The translations under genes and the position numbers were made by a program. A stretch of DNA of 64,000 bases from assembly GCF_009931435.1 (NCBI RefSeq), contig NZ_CP043414.1; one strand, given 5' to 3'. This stretch comes from Escherichia coli (GTDB taxonomy: Bacteria; Pseudomonadota; Gammaproteobacteria; Enterobacterales; Enterobacteriaceae). Below, one piece after another: positions 22,465 through 32,577 of the stretch; the first letter of the stretch is position 1; the number at the start of each line of letters is the position of its first letter. The notes beneath the pieces are model-generated. The model searched no databases and was not told the DNA's origin. It worked only from the letters and a program-made list of their open reading frames with translations.

Positions 22465-22815
22465 TCACTCCTGGTCTATTTCTATCCGCCGAATCTGTAA
22501 ACCGTCGTCTGCCACAATCTGTAGCATGTCACCATGACACTGTGGACAGCGGCGGACGCGCTGGGTCAGTAGCGTCACATATTGTTGGCATGTTTCGCAC
22601 CAGCATTCGGCCTCTTGTTCTTCGAGGTGCAGTTTACAACCTTCCGCTACGCTGCCGCGGCAAACCAGATCAAAACAAAAGGCAAGAGAGCTGGTTTCGA
22701 CACAAGAAAATGCGCCAATTTTGAGCCAGACCCCAGTTACGCGTTTTGCACCGTGTTTTGCGGCCTGCTGTTCGATCAATTCCAGTGCCCGTTGGCAGAG
22801 GGTTATTTCGTGCAT
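22465..22815 (-). CDS. hypA: hydrogenase nickel insertion protein HypA
   Basis: Start at MHEITLCQ; zinc-finger CxxC…CxxC. Confidence 0.9.
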   Translation of the reverse strand: MHEITLCQRALELIEQQAAKHGAKRVTGVWLKIGAFSCVETSSLAFCFDLVCRGSVAEGCKLHLEEQEAECWCETCQQYVTLLTQRVRRCPQCHGDMLQIVADDGLQIRRIEIDQE

Positions 22816-22845
22816 ATCGCCTCCCATTAACTATTGCCAGCTACA

Positions 22846-22861
22846 AGCAATAATTGTGCCA
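22846..22861 (-). promoter_or_regulatory. sigma54 (-24/-12) promoter for hypA
   Basis: Minus strand reads TGGCACAATTATTGCT (GG-N10-GC spacing) just upstream of hypA. Confidence 0.6.
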
Positions 22862-22974
22862 GTGTTGATTATCCCTAAAGTGAATAATGTCGATGATGTC
22901 GAAATGACACGTCGACACGGCGACGAAATTCACCAGAATCCTAAAAATCTCTTTTATAACAATAAATTAAAAGT

Positions 22975-22990
22975 TGGCACAAAAAATGCT
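22975..22990 (+). promoter_or_regulatory. sigma54 (-24/-12) promoter for the hyc operon
   Basis: TGGCACAAAAAATGCT with GG-N10-GC spacing about 40 bp upstream of hycA; FhlA-type TGTCGAAATGACA motifs lie upstream (about 22880-22935). Confidence 0.6.
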
Positions 22991-23026
22991 TAAAGCTGGC
23001 ATCTCTGTTAAACGGGTAACCTGACA

Positions 23027-23488
23027 ATGACTATTTGGGAAATAAGCGAGAAAGCCGATTACATCGCACAGCGGCATCGTCGCCTACAGGACCAGTGGCA
23101 TCTCTACTGCAATTCGCTGGTTCAGGGGATCACGTTATCGAAAGCGCGCCTGCATCACGCCATGAGCTGTGCGCCAGACAAAGAACTCTGTTTCGTCCTT
23201 TTTGAACATTTTCGCATTTACGTCACCCTGGCGGATGGCTTTAACAGCCACACCATCGAGTATTACGTCGAAACGAAAGAGGGTGAAGAAAAACAGCGGA
23301 TTGCGCAGGCACAATTGAGCATTGACGGAATGATAGATGGCAAGGTCAACATCCGCGATCGCGAACAGGTACTGGAACACTATCTCGAAAAAATCGCTGG
23401 CGTTTACGACAGCTTATACACCGCCATTGAAAACAATGTACCGGTGAATTTAAGCCAACTGGTAAAGGGACAAAGCCCGGCGGCATGA
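23027..23488 (+). CDS. hycA: formate hydrogenlyase regulatory protein HycA
   Basis: 153-aa ORF, first gene of hyc operon, divergent from hypA. Confidence 0.9.
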   Translation: MTIWEISEKADYIAQRHRRLQDQWHLYCNSLVQGITLSKARLHHAMSCAPDKELCFVLFEHFRIYVTLADGFNSHTIEYYVETKEGEEKQRIAQAQLSIDGMIDGKVNIRDREQVLEHYLEKIAGVYDSLYTAIENNVPVNLSQLVKGQSPAA

Positions 23489-23612
23489 GCTGAGGCTTTG
23501 CCCGTTTTGCAGGCGTTACGCCTGTTTGGGGATGGGCGTGTCGATGAGTGTCGAAAATGACATTTCATCGGCATGTTTTCGTCAAAAATGACAATCACCT
23601 GAGGAATGCCTG

Positions 23613-24224
23613 GTGAATCGTTTTGTAATTGCTGACTCCACACTCTGTATCGGCTGCCACACCTGTGAGGCCGCCTGTTCAGAGACGCATCGCCAGCACG
23701 GCCTGCAATCAATGCCGCGCCTGCGAGTGATGCTAAATGAAAAAGAATCTGCGCCGCAGCTCTGTCACCACTGTGAAGATGCACCCTGTGCGGTGGTCTG
23801 CCCGGTTAACGCTATCACCCGCGTTGATGGGGCAGTGCAGCTGAATGAAAGCCTGTGCGTAAGCTGCAAACTGTGCGGCATCGCCTGCCCGTTTGGCGCA
23901 ATCGAATTTTCCGGCAGCCGTCCGCTGGATATTCCGGCAAACGCCAATACCCCGAAAGCACCACCGGCACCGCCTGCTCCGGCGCGTGTCAGCACGTTGC
24001 TTGACTGGGTGCCGGGTATTCGCGCGATCGCCGTCAAATGTGACCTCTGTAGCTTTGATGAACAAGGTCCAGCCTGCGTGCGGATGTGCCCAACCAAAGC
24101 CCTGCATCTGGTGGATAACACCGATATCGCCCGCGTCAGCAAGCGTAAGCGTGAGCTGACCTTTAACACGGACTTTGGCGATCTCACCTTGTTTCAGCAG
24201 GCTCAAAGTGGAGAGGCTAAATGA
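23613..24224 (+). CDS. hycB: formate hydrogenlyase 4Fe-4S ferredoxin subunit HycB
   Basis: 203-aa ORF with multiple CxxCxxCxxxCP clusters. Confidence 0.92.
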   Translation: MNRFVIADSTLCIGCHTCEAACSETHRQHGLQSMPRLRVMLNEKESAPQLCHHCEDAPCAVVCPVNAITRVDGAVQLNESLCVSCKLCGIACPFGAIEFSGSRPLDIPANANTPKAPPAPPAPARVSTLLDWVPGIRAIAVKCDLCSFDEQGPACVRMCPTKALHLVDNTDIARVSKRKRELTFNTDFGDLTLFQQAQSGEAK

Positions 24225-26047
24225 GCGCAATTTCCCTGATCAATAGCGGCGTGGCGTGGTTTGTTGCCGCCGCTGTTCTGGCATTTCTCTTTTCTTTTCA
24301 AAAGGCGTTAAGCGGCTGGATTGCCGGAATTGGCGGCGCGGTGGGTAGCCTGTATACGGCAGCCGCAGGCTTCACTGTGCTGACTGGCGCGGTTGGCGTG
24401 AGCGGCGCGTTGTCGCTGGTAAGCTACAATGTGCAAATCTCTCCGCTTAATGCGATTTGGCTGATAACCCTCGGCCTGTGCGGTCTGTTTGTCAGCCTTT
24501 ACAACATTGACTGGCATCGCCATGCGCAGGTGAAATGCAACGGTTTGCAAATCAATATGTTGATGGCTGCTGCCGTCTGTGCCGTCATTGCCAGCAATCT
24601 GGGCATGTTCGTAGTAATGGCAGAAATCATGGCCCTGTGTGCGGTGTTCCTCACCAGCAACAGCAAAGAGGGCAAACTGTGGTTTGCGCTGGGGCGTCTT
24701 GGCACTTTGCTGCTGGCGATTGCTTGCTGGCTGCTGTGGCAACGTTACGGCACGCTGGATCTGCGCCTGCTGGATATGCGCATGCAACAGCTGCCGCTTG
24801 GTTCCGATATCTGGCTGCTCGGTGTGATTGGTTTTGGCCTGCTGGCCGGGATTATCCCGCTGCACGGCTGGGTGCCACAGGCTCATGCTAACGCCTCTGC
24901 GCCAGCTGCCGCGCTGTTTTCCACGGTGGTGATGAAAATTGGCCTGCTGGGTATTTTAACCCTGTCTCTGCTGGGCGGTAATGCGCCGCTGTGGTGGGGA
25001 ATTGCACTTCTGGTACTCGGCATGATCACCGCGTTCGTCGGCGGTTTGTATGCGCTGATGGAGCACAACATTCAGCGTCTGCTGGCTTACCACACTCTGG
25101 AAAATATCGGCATCATCCTGCTGGGGCTGGGCGCTGGCGTAACGGGTATCGCGCTTGAACAACCGGCGCTGATTGCCCTTGGCCTGGTCGGTGGTCTGTA
25201 CCATCTGCTTAACCATAGCCTGTTCAAGAGCGTACTGTTCCTCGGGGCTGGGAGCGTCTGGTTCCGTACCGGTCATCGCGATATCGAAAAACTCGGCGGT
25301 ATTGGCAAAAAAATGCCGGTTATCTCCATCGCCATGTTGGTCGGTCTGATGGCAATGGCTGCGCTGCCACCGCTGAACGGTTTTGCCGGGGAATGGGTTA
25401 TCTATCAATCCTTCTTCAAACTGAGCAATAGTGGCGCGTTTGTTGCCCGTCTTCTCGGGCCGCTGCTCGCCGTGGGGCTGGCAATTACCGGTGCGCTGGC
25501 AGTGATGTGTATGGCGAAAGTTTATGGCGTCACGTTCCTCGGCGCGCCGCGTACCAAAGAAGCCGAAAACGCCACCTGTGCGCCGCTCCTGATGAGCGTA
25601 AGCGTAGTGGCACTGGCGATTTGCTGCGTGATTGGCGGTGTTGCTGCGCCGTGGTTGCTGCCGATGTTGTCTGCTGCCGTACCTCTGCCGCTGGAGCCTG
25701 CTAATACAACCGTTTCTCAACCAATGATCACGTTGCTGCTGATTGCCTGCCCGCTGCTGCCATTCATCATTATGGCGATTTGCAAAGGCGATCGTTTGCC
25801 GTCGCGTTCCCGCGGCGCGGCCTGGGTGTGCGGCTACGACCATGAAAAATCAATGGTGATTACTGCTCACGGTTTTGCCATGCCGGTGAAACAGGCGTTT
25901 GCGCCGGTGCTGAAACTGCGCAAATGGCTGAATCCGGTGTCGCTGGTACCAGGCTGGCAGTGCGAGGGGAGTGCGTTGCTGTTCCGCCGGATGGCGCTGG
26001 TTGAACTGGCGGTGCTGGTGGTGATTATTGTTTCACGAGGAGCCTGA
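24221..26047 (+). CDS. hycC: formate hydrogenlyase membrane subunit HycC
   Basis: 608-aa polytopic membrane ORF, complex I antiporter-like. Confidence 0.92.
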   Translation: MSAISLINSGVAWFVAAAVLAFLFSFQKALSGWIAGIGGAVGSLYTAAAGFTVLTGAVGVSGALSLVSYNVQISPLNAIWLITLGLCGLFVSLYNIDWHRHAQVKCNGLQINMLMAAAVCAVIASNLGMFVVMAEIMALCAVFLTSNSKEGKLWFALGRLGTLLLAIACWLLWQRYGTLDLRLLDMRMQQLPLGSDIWLLGVIGFGLLAGIIPLHGWVPQAHANASAPAAALFSTVVMKIGLLGILTLSLLGGNAPLWWGIALLVLGMITAFVGGLYALMEHNIQRLLAYHTLENIGIILLGLGAGVTGIALEQPALIALGLVGGLYHLLNHSLFKSVLFLGAGSVWFRTGHRDIEKLGGIGKKMPVISIAMLVGLMAMAALPPLNGFAGEWVIYQSFFKLSNSGAFVARLLGPLLAVGLAITGALAVMCMAKVYGVTFLGAPRTKEAENATCAPLLMSVSVVALAICCVIGGVAAPWLLPMLSAAVPLPLEPANTTVSQPMITLLLIACPLLPFIIMAICKGDRLPSRSRGAAWVCGYDHEKSMVITAHGFAMPVKQAFAPVLKLRKWLNPVSLVPGWQCEGSALLFRRMALVELAVLVVIIVSRGA

Positions 26048-26049
26048 GA

Positions 26050-26973
26050 ATGAGTGTTTTATATCCGTTAATTCAGGCGCTGGTGTTATTTGCCGTTGCG
26101 CCGCTGCTCTCCGGTATTACCCGCGTGGCGCGCGCCCGCTTGCATAACCGTCGCGGGCCGGGCGTGTTGCAGGAGTATCGCGACATTATCAAACTGCTGG
26201 GTCGTCAGAGCGTTGGTCCCGATGCCTCCGGCTGGGTGTTCCGCCTGACACCGTACGTAATGGTTGGCGTCATGTTGACTATCGCTACCGCGCTGCCGGT
26301 AGTGACTGTCGGTTCTCCGCTGCCGCAGCTGGGGGATTTGATCACTTTACTGTATCTCTTTGCCATTGCGCGTTTCTTCTTTGCCATTTCTGGTCTGGAT
26401 ACCGGTAGTCCGTTTACTGCTATTGGCGCGAGCCGTGAAGCGATGCTGGGCGTGCTGGTTGAACCGATGCTGCTGCTTGGTCTGTGGGTCGCCGCGCAGG
26501 TGGCTGGTTCCACCAACATCAGCAACATCACCGACACCGTTTATCACTGGCCGCTGAGCCAGAGCATTCCGCTGGTGCTGGCGCTCTGTGCCTGCGCATT
26601 CGCCACCTTTATCGAAATGGGCAAACTGCCGTTCGACCTGGCGGAAGCCGAGCAGGAGCTGCAGGAAGGTCCGCTCTCTGAGTACAGCGGCAGCGGCTTT
26701 GGCGTCATGAAATGGGGTATCAGCCTGAAACAGCTGGTGGTGTTACAGATGTTCGTCGGGGTGTTTATTCCGTGGGGACAAATGGAAACCTTCACTGCCG
26801 GTGGGCTGCTGCTGGCGCTGGTGATTGCCATTGTCAAACTGGTGGTCGGCGTACTGGTTATCGCGCTGTTCGAAAACAGCATGGCCCGTCTGCGTCTTGA
26901 TATTACTCCACGCATTACCTGGGCTGGTTTTGGCTTTGCATTTTTAGCGTTCGTCTCCTTGCTGGCGGCGTGA
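26050..26973 (+). CDS. hycD: formate hydrogenlyase membrane subunit HycD
   Basis: 307-aa membrane ORF, NuoH-like. Confidence 0.92.
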   Translation: MSVLYPLIQALVLFAVAPLLSGITRVARARLHNRRGPGVLQEYRDIIKLLGRQSVGPDASGWVFRLTPYVMVGVMLTIATALPVVTVGSPLPQLGDLITLLYLFAIARFFFAISGLDTGSPFTAIGASREAMLGVLVEPMLLLGLWVAAQVAGSTNISNITDTVYHWPLSQSIPLVLALCACAFATFIEMGKLPFDLAEAEQELQEGPLSEYSGSGFGVMKWGISLKQLVVLQMFVGVFIPWGQMETFTAGGLLLALVIAIVKLVVGVLVIALFENSMARLRLDITPRITWAGFGFAFLAFVSLLAA

Positions 26974-26990
26974 TTAAAGAGAGTTTGAGC

Positions 26991-28700
26991 ATGTCTGAAG
27001 AAAAATTAGGTCAACATTATCTCGCCGCGCTGAATGAGGCATTTCCGGGCGTCGTGCTGGACCACGCCTGGCAGACCAAAGATCAGCTGACTGTCACCGT
27101 GAAGGTGAACTATCTGCCGGAAGTGGTGGAGTTCCTCTACTACAAGCAGGGGGGCTGGCTGTCGGTGCTGTTTGGTAACGATGAACGCAAACTGAATGGT
27201 CATTACGCCGTTTATTACGTGCTGTCGATGGAGAAGGGCACCAAGTGTTGGATTACGGTTCGCGTCGAAGTTGACGCCAACAAACCAGAATATCCGTCCG
27301 TGACGCCGCGCGTTCCGGCGGCGGTGTGGGGCGAGCGTGAAGTGCGCGATATGTACGGTTTGATTCCGGTAGGGCTTCCGGATGAACGCCGTCTGGTGCT
27401 GCCGGATGACTGGCCGGATGAACTCTACCCGCTGCGTAAAGACAGCATGGATTATCGTCAACGTCCGGCACCAACTACTGATGCTGAAACCTACGAGTTC
27501 ATCAACGAACTAGGCGACAAGAAAAACAACGTCGTGCCGATTGGTCCACTGCACGTCACTTCTGACGAACCGGGCCACTTCCGTCTGTTCGTCGATGGCG
27601 AAAACATTATCGACGCCGACTACCGCCTGTTCTATGTCCATCGCGGCATGGAAAAACTGGCGGAAACCCGCATGGGTTACAACGAAGTGACCTTCCTCTC
27701 CGACCGTGTGTGCGGGATCTGCGGCTTCGCCCACAGCACCGCTTACACCACGTCGGTGGAAAACGCGATGGGTATTCAGGTGCCAGAACGTGCGCAGATG
27801 ATTCGCGCCATTTTGCTGGAAGTGGAACGCCTGCACTCGCATCTGCTCAACCTTGGCCTTGCTTGCCACTTCACTGGCTTTGACTCCGGTTTTATGCAGT
27901 TCTTCCGCGTGCGTGAAACCTCCATGAAAATGGCGGAGATCCTTACCGGTGCGCGTAAAACCTACGGCCTGAACCTGATCGGCGGGATTCGTCGCGATCT
28001 GCTGAAAGATGACATGATCCAGACCCGTCAACTGGCGCAGCAGATGCGTCGTGAAGTGCAGGAACTGGTGGATGTGCTGCTGAGCACACCGAACATGGAA
28101 CAGCGCACCGTTGGCATTGGTCGTCTGGACCCGGAAATTGCCCGCGATTTCAGTAACGTTGGCCCGATGGTCCGTGCCAGCGGTCACGCCCGCGATACCC
28201 GTGCCGATCACCCGTTTGTTGGTTATGGCCTGCTGCCAATGGAAGTCCACAGCGAGCAGGGCTGCGACGTGATTTCCCGTCTGAAAGTGCGTATCAACGA
28301 AGTCTATACCGCGCTGAACATGATCGACTACGGTCTGGATAACCTGCCGGGTGGCCCACTGATGGTGGAAGGCTTTACCTACATTCCACACCGTTTTGCG
28401 CTGGGCTTTGCCGAAGCGCCGCGTGGCGATGATATCCACTGGAGCATGACCGGCGACAACCAGAAGCTGTACCGCTGGCGCTGCCGTGCCGCGACCTACG
28501 CGAACTGGCCGACCCTGCGCTACATGCTGCGCGGCAACACCGTTTCTGATGCGCCGCTGATTATTGGTAGCCTGGACCCTTGCTACTCCTGTACCGACCG
28601 CATGACCGTGGTCGATGTGCGTAAGAAGAAGAGCAAAGTGGTGCCGTACAAAGAACTTGAGCGCTACAGCATTGAGCGTAAAAACTCGCCGCTGAAATAA
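26991..28700 (+). CDS. hycE: hydrogenase 3 large subunit HycE
   Basis: Start taken at MSEEKLGQHYL; NiFe large-subunit motifs (RVCGICGFAH… and C-terminal DPCYSCTDR). Confidence 0.93.
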   Translation: MSEEKLGQHYLAALNEAFPGVVLDHAWQTKDQLTVTVKVNYLPEVVEFLYYKQGGWLSVLFGNDERKLNGHYAVYYVLSMEKGTKCWITVRVEVDANKPEYPSVTPRVPAAVWGEREVRDMYGLIPVGLPDERRLVLPDDWPDELYPLRKDSMDYRQRPAPTTDAETYEFINELGDKKNNVVPIGPLHVTSDEPGHFRLFVDGENIIDADYRLFYVHRGMEKLAETRMGYNEVTFLSDRVCGICGFAHSTAYTTSVENAMGIQVPERAQMIRAILLEVERLHSHLLNLGLACHFTGFDSGFMQFFRVRETSMKMAEILTGARKTYGLNLIGGIRRDLLKDDMIQTRQLAQQMRREVQELVDVLLSTPNMEQRTVGIGRLDPEIARDFSNVGPMVRASGHARDTRADHPFVGYGLLPMEVHSEQGCDVISRLKVRINEVYTALNMIDYGLDNLPGGPLMVEGFTYIPHRFALGFAEAPRGDDIHWSMTGDNQKLYRWRCRAATYANWPTLRYMLRGNTVSDAPLIIGSLDPCYSCTDRMTVVDVRKKKSKVVPYKELERYSIERKNSPLK

Positions 28701-28709
28701 GGAATCGCC

Positions 28710-29252
28710 ATGTTTACCTTTATCAAAAAAGTCATCAAAACCGGCACGGCGACCTCGTCTTACCCGCTGGAGCCGATTGCGGTTGATAAAAACTTCCGTG
28801 GTAAGCCAGAGCAGAACCCGCAGCAGTGCATCGGCTGTGCAGCCTGCGTCAATGCCTGCCCGTCAAACGCCTTAACGGTTGAAACTGACCTCGCCACCGG
28901 TGAGCTGGCGTGGGAGTTCAATCTTGGACGCTGCATCTTCTGTGGACGCTGCGAAGAAGTCTGCCCGACGGCGGCGATCAAACTGTCGCAAGAGTACGAA
29001 CTGGCGGTGTGGAAGAAAGAAGATTTCCTGCAACAGTCTCGCTTCGCGCTGTGCAACTGCCGCATCTGTAATCGTCCTTTCGCCGTCCAGAAAGAGATCG
29101 ACTACGCCATTGCGCTGCTTAAGCACAATGGTGACAGCCGTGCGGAAAACCACCGCGAAAGCTTTGAGACTTGCCCGGAATGTAAGCGCCAGAAATGCCT
29201 GGTGCCGTCCGACCGTATTGAACTGACTCGCCATATGAAAGAGGCCATCTGA
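28710..29252 (+). CDS. hycF: formate hydrogenlyase iron-sulfur subunit HycF
   Basis: 180-aa ORF with two CxxCxxCxxxCP motifs. Confidence 0.92.
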   Translation: MFTFIKKVIKTGTATSSYPLEPIAVDKNFRGKPEQNPQQCIGCAACVNACPSNALTVETDLATGELAWEFNLGRCIFCGRCEEVCPTAAIKLSQEYELAVWKKEDFLQQSRFALCNCRICNRPFAVQKEIDYAIALLKHNGDSRAENHRESFETCPECKRQKCLVPSDRIELTRHMKEAI

Positions 29253-30019
29253 TGAGCAATTTATTAGGCCCCCGTGACGCCAACGGCATTCCGGTCCCGA
29301 TGACGGTGGATGAATCCATCGCCAGTATGAAGGCGTCGTTACTGAAAAAAATCAAACGTTCTGCCTACGTTTACCGCGTGGACTGCGGCGGCTGCAACGG
29401 CTGCGAAATTGAAATTTTCGCAACCTTATCGCCGCTGTTCGATGCAGAACGCTTCGGCATTAAAGTCGTTCCGTCTCCGCGTCATGCGGATATTTTACTG
29501 TTTACCGGCGCGGTCACCCGTGCAATGCGATCCCCTGCGCTGCGTGCGTGGCAGTCCGCGCCGGACCCGAAAATCTGTATCTCCTACGGTGCCTGCGGTA
29601 ACAGCGGCGGGATCTTCCACGATCTCTACTGCGTGTGGGGGGGTACGGATAAAATCGTCCCGGTGGATGTCTACATTCCGGGGTGCCCGCCAACGCCAGC
29701 CGCCACGCTGTACGGCTTTGCAATGGCGCTCGGCCTGCTGGAGCAGAAAATTCACGCCCGTGGGCCGGGTGAACTGGATGAACAACCGGCAGAGATCCTG
29801 CATGGCGATATGGTGCAGCCGCTGCGTGTAAAAGTAGATCGCGAAGCACGCCGCCTGGCGGGTTATCGTTACGGTCGCCAGATTGCCGATGATTTCCTGA
29901 CGCAGTTAGGGCAGGGTGAAGAGCAGGTTGCACGCTGGCTGGAAGCGGAAAACGATCCGCGTCTGAACGAGATTGTCAGCCATCTGAATCATGTTGTTGA
30001 AGAGGCGCGTATTCGATGA
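29252..30019 (+). CDS. hycG: hydrogenase 3 small subunit HycG
   Basis: 255-aa ORF, NuoB-like ([14 protein letters not shown]). Confidence 0.92.
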   Translation: MSNLLGPRDANGIPVPMTVDESIASMKASLLKKIKRSAYVYRVDCGGCNGCEIEIFATLSPLFDAERFGIKVVPSPRHADILLFTGAVTRAMRSPALRAWQSAPDPKICISYGACGNSGGIFHDLYCVWGGTDKIVPVDVYIPGCPPTPAATLYGFAMALGLLEQKIHARGPGELDEQPAEILHGDMVQPLRVKVDREARRLAGYRYGRQIADDFLTQLGQGEEQVARWLEAENDPRLNEIVSHLNHVVEEARIR

Positions 30020-30426
30020 GTGAAAAGGTGGTGTTCAGTCAACTGAGCCGTAAATTTATTGATGAGAACGATGCTACGCCCGCCGAGGCGCAGCAGGTGG
30101 TCTATTACAGCCTGGCGATTGGTCACCACCTTGGGGTTATCGATTGCCTGGAAGCCGCGCTCACCTGCCCGTGGGATGAATATCTGGCATGGATTGCCAC
30201 TCTGGAGGCGGGCAGCGAAGCCCGCCGCAAAATGGAAGGCGTGCCAAAATATGGTGAGATCGTTATCGACATTAACCATGTGCCGATGCTGGCCAACGCA
30301 TTCGATAAAGCCCGGGCAGCGCAAACTTCGCAGCAGAAGGAATGGAGTACCATGCTGTTAAGTATGCTGCATGATATTTATCAGGAAAATGCCATCTATT
30401 TGATGGTGAGGAGACTGCGTGACTGA
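30016..30426 (+). CDS. hycH: formate hydrogenlyase maturation protein HycH
   Basis: 136-aa ORF at conserved position. Confidence 0.9.
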   Translation: MSEKVVFSQLSRKFIDENDATPAEAQQVVYYSLAIGHHLGVIDCLEAALTCPWDEYLAWIATLEAGSEARRKMEGVPKYGEIVIDINHVPMLANAFDKARAAQTSQQKEWSTMLLSMLHDIYQENAIYLMVRRLRD

Positions 30427-30889
30427 CGTTTTACTCTGTGTTGGCAATAGCATGATGGGCGATGATGGCGCAGGTCCGCTGCTGGCGGAAAAGTGCGCCG
30501 CCGCGCCGAAAGGTAACTGGGTGGTGATTGACGGCGGAAGCGCACCGGAAAACGACATTGTCGCCATCCGCGAACTGCGCCCGACGCGACTGCTGATTGT
30601 CGACGCTACGGATATGGGGCTAAACCCCGGCGAGATCCGCATCATCGACCCGGATGACATCGCTGAGATGTTTATGATGACTACCCATAACATGCCGCTG
30701 AACTACCTTATCGACCAGTTAAAAGAAGACATTGGCGAAGTGATTTTCCTCGGCATCCAGCCGGATATCGTCGGTTTTTACTACCCGATGACCCAGCCGA
30801 TTAAAGATGCGGTAGAAACCGTTTATCAACGACTTGAAGGCTGGGAAGGGAATGGTGGATTTGCGCAGTTAGCGGTGGAAGAAGAGTAG
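30419..30889 (+). CDS. hycI: hydrogenase 3 maturation endopeptidase HycI
   Basis: 156-aa [23 protein letters not shown]…, HybD/HycI protease signature. Confidence 0.92.
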   Translation: MTDVLLCVGNSMMGDDGAGPLLAEKCAAAPKGNWVVIDGGSAPENDIVAIRELRPTRLLIVDATDMGLNPGEIRIIDPDDIAEMFMMTTHNMPLNYLIDQLKEDIGEVIFLGIQPDIVGFYYPMTQPIKDAVETVYQRLEGWEGNGGFAQLAVEEE

Positions 30890-30913
30890 TTTTTCAGTAA
30901 GGAATTCAGGGAA

Positions 30914-31687
30914 TTGAAAATCAGAACAGGGATGTGCGCTTTTTTATTTTGCTTAGTGCTTCCTGCGCAGGCTACCAGCTTTACCGAATATCTGCCAATG
31001 AGTGACAGCGAATACGCGCAAAAGCGGGCGCTGAAACCTCTCCTGACTATGCCTTATTATACCGAGCAAACCTGGCATTTTAGAAAAGTGGGCGTTGCTG
31101 GCGTGACGCTTGAGAAGATGCCAAATGAAGAGGATTACTGGCAATTAACTGCTAAAGACCGCGCCGGTAAATCCTGGAAGGTGCCTGTGGGTATGCTGGC
31201 AAATATGGCGGGCAAAGGGCAACTCTATCGCGCCGATCTGGATCGTAACGGCATTCAGGATCTGGTTATCTGGTTACCAAGTGCTGGTAATGGTCTGGCT
31301 CCTTATGCACATTTAATCCTTATGACGTTCACGCGCGATGGTCGTCCCTGTGTCTTTGAACCCTGGGGATTCTACACCGCAAGCAAAACTGGCGTAGATG
31401 ATTTGCTGGATTTGCAAGGCAATGGCCACACACAATTGCTGGATATGCAGTTTAATTCTGGTTACTGGATAACCAGTCTGTATCAGGTAAAAGACGCCAA
31501 ATGGCAACGTGTTCACGGCTGGTTTGGCAAGTTAAGCTATCCCGCGCTCACGCGTTTTACTTATACCCCCAACCGTAAACTCGTCCTCAAACCCATTGCC
31601 GGGCGTGACCCGCAAACGGAAGATTTAGCGCTGACGCAGCGTTGTTTGAGAACAGGGGATATGCTTGAAGGGGTGAATCAGAACTGA
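30914..31687 (+). CDS. hypothetical secreted protein with two DxDxNG-type motifs
   Basis: 257-aa ORF; N-terminal signal peptide (…CAFLFCLVLPAQATSF); motifs ADLDRNGIQDLV and DDLLDLQGNGHTQLL resemble FG-GAP/calcium-binding loops; no K-12 gene between hycI and ascB. Confidence 0.55.
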   Translation: MKIRTGMCAFLFCLVLPAQATSFTEYLPMSDSEYAQKRALKPLLTMPYYTEQTWHFRKVGVAGVTLEKMPNEEDYWQLTAKDRAGKSWKVPVGMLANMAGKGQLYRADLDRNGIQDLVIWLPSAGNGLAPYAHLILMTFTRDGRPCVFEPWGFYTASKTGVDDLLDLQGNGHTQLLDMQFNSGYWITSLYQVKDAKWQRVHGWFGKLSYPALTRFTYTPNRKLVLKPIAGRDPQTEDLALTQRCLRTGDMLEGVNQN

Positions 31688-31849
31688 CTTTTTGCAGAGT
31701 GGGTATGAGGATTTTGGGGGAGAATTATATCGCGCGCAAGTGTTTACATATTGTGAACTTGGATTTGGTGAGCTATAGTTTCTGAACACATAAGGATAGA
31801 ACTCGCAGATGTGGCTGTTTACTTACTATAAGGAAGTTAAAACTTAAAA

Positions 31850-32161
31850 ATGCACATCATTTCGAAAGCGCCATTTGAAGAGTCTGCGCGCAAATATCCT
31901 AACGACGCTCTGGCTCTACACTCATTGTATCGGGTTATTAAGGAAACGGATTTTTCTACGCCAGAAGAAATGCGAACGGCGTTTCCCAACCTCGACAATT
32001 TTAAATATCGTAACAAATGGTACGTTCTGGATGTAGGCGGGAACAATCTTAGGGTTATTGCCTACATAAACTTTGTTAATAAGCGGTTCTTTGTGAAGCA
32101 CATAACGAATCATGCCGAGTATGACAAACTGACACGTTACTACAGAGAGAACAGAGAATGA
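31850..32161 (+). CDS. higB: type II toxin, HigB-family mRNA interferase (RelE/ParE superfamily)
   Basis: 103-aa ORF; region FPNLDNFKYRNKWYVLDVGGNNLRVIAY aligns with the E. coli HigB segment FPSLDNFKYLDKHYVFNVGGNELRVVAM; toxin-first order with overlapping ATGA junction. Confidence 0.8.
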   Translation: MHIISKAPFEESARKYPNDALALHSLYRVIKETDFSTPEEMRTAFPNLDNFKYRNKWYVLDVGGNNLRVIAYINFVNKRFFVKHITNHAEYDKLTRYYRENRE

Positions 32162-32577
32162 CTGCTAATGCTGCACGCGCTGTTAAAGCAACAAGAGAAC
32201 TGGTCAATGCAGTCCCCTTTCTGGGAGGCAGTGACTCAGAAGATGATTATCGTGAAGCACTGGAACTGGTCGAATATTTGATTGAAGAAGATGACACCAA
32301 TCCACTTATCGACTTTCTGGCGAGCCGCATTGCAGAGTATGAAAACAACCACGAAAAGTTTGCAGAGTTCGACAAAGCCGTTGCTGCAATGCCGGTTGGC
32401 GTGGCGTTACTTCGCACGTTGATTGATCAACATAATCTGACCTATGCGGATTTGAAGAACGAAATCGGCTCTAAATCCCTGGTCAGTCAGATTTTGTCTG
32501 GACAAAGATCCCTGACGATATCCCACATTAAGGCACTTTCAGCCCGATTTGGCGTTAAGCCGGAATGGTTTCTTTGA
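32158..32577 (+). CDS. higA: type II antitoxin HigA (XRE-family HTH)
   Basis: 139-aa ORF; C-terminal HTH (…IGSKSLVSQILSGQRSLTISHIKALSARFGV…) closely resembles K-12 HigA; start overlaps higB stop. Confidence 0.8.
   Translation: MTANAARAVKATRELVNAVPFLGGSDSEDDYREALELVEYLIEEDDTNPLIDFLASRIAEYENNHEKFAEFDKAVAAMPVGVALLRTLIDQHNLTYADLKNEIGSKSLVSQILSGQRSLTISHIKALSARFGVKPEWFL

Noticed and set aside
21472-22500. 342-aa plus-strand ORF antisense to hypB/hypC, and similar antisense ORFs inside hycC (24956-25843), hycE (27510-28439), rpoS (2566-3093), mutS and fhlA
   Set aside because: All overlap well-supported genes on the opposite strand, have Arg/His/Cys-rich compositions typical of antisense frames, and no independent support.
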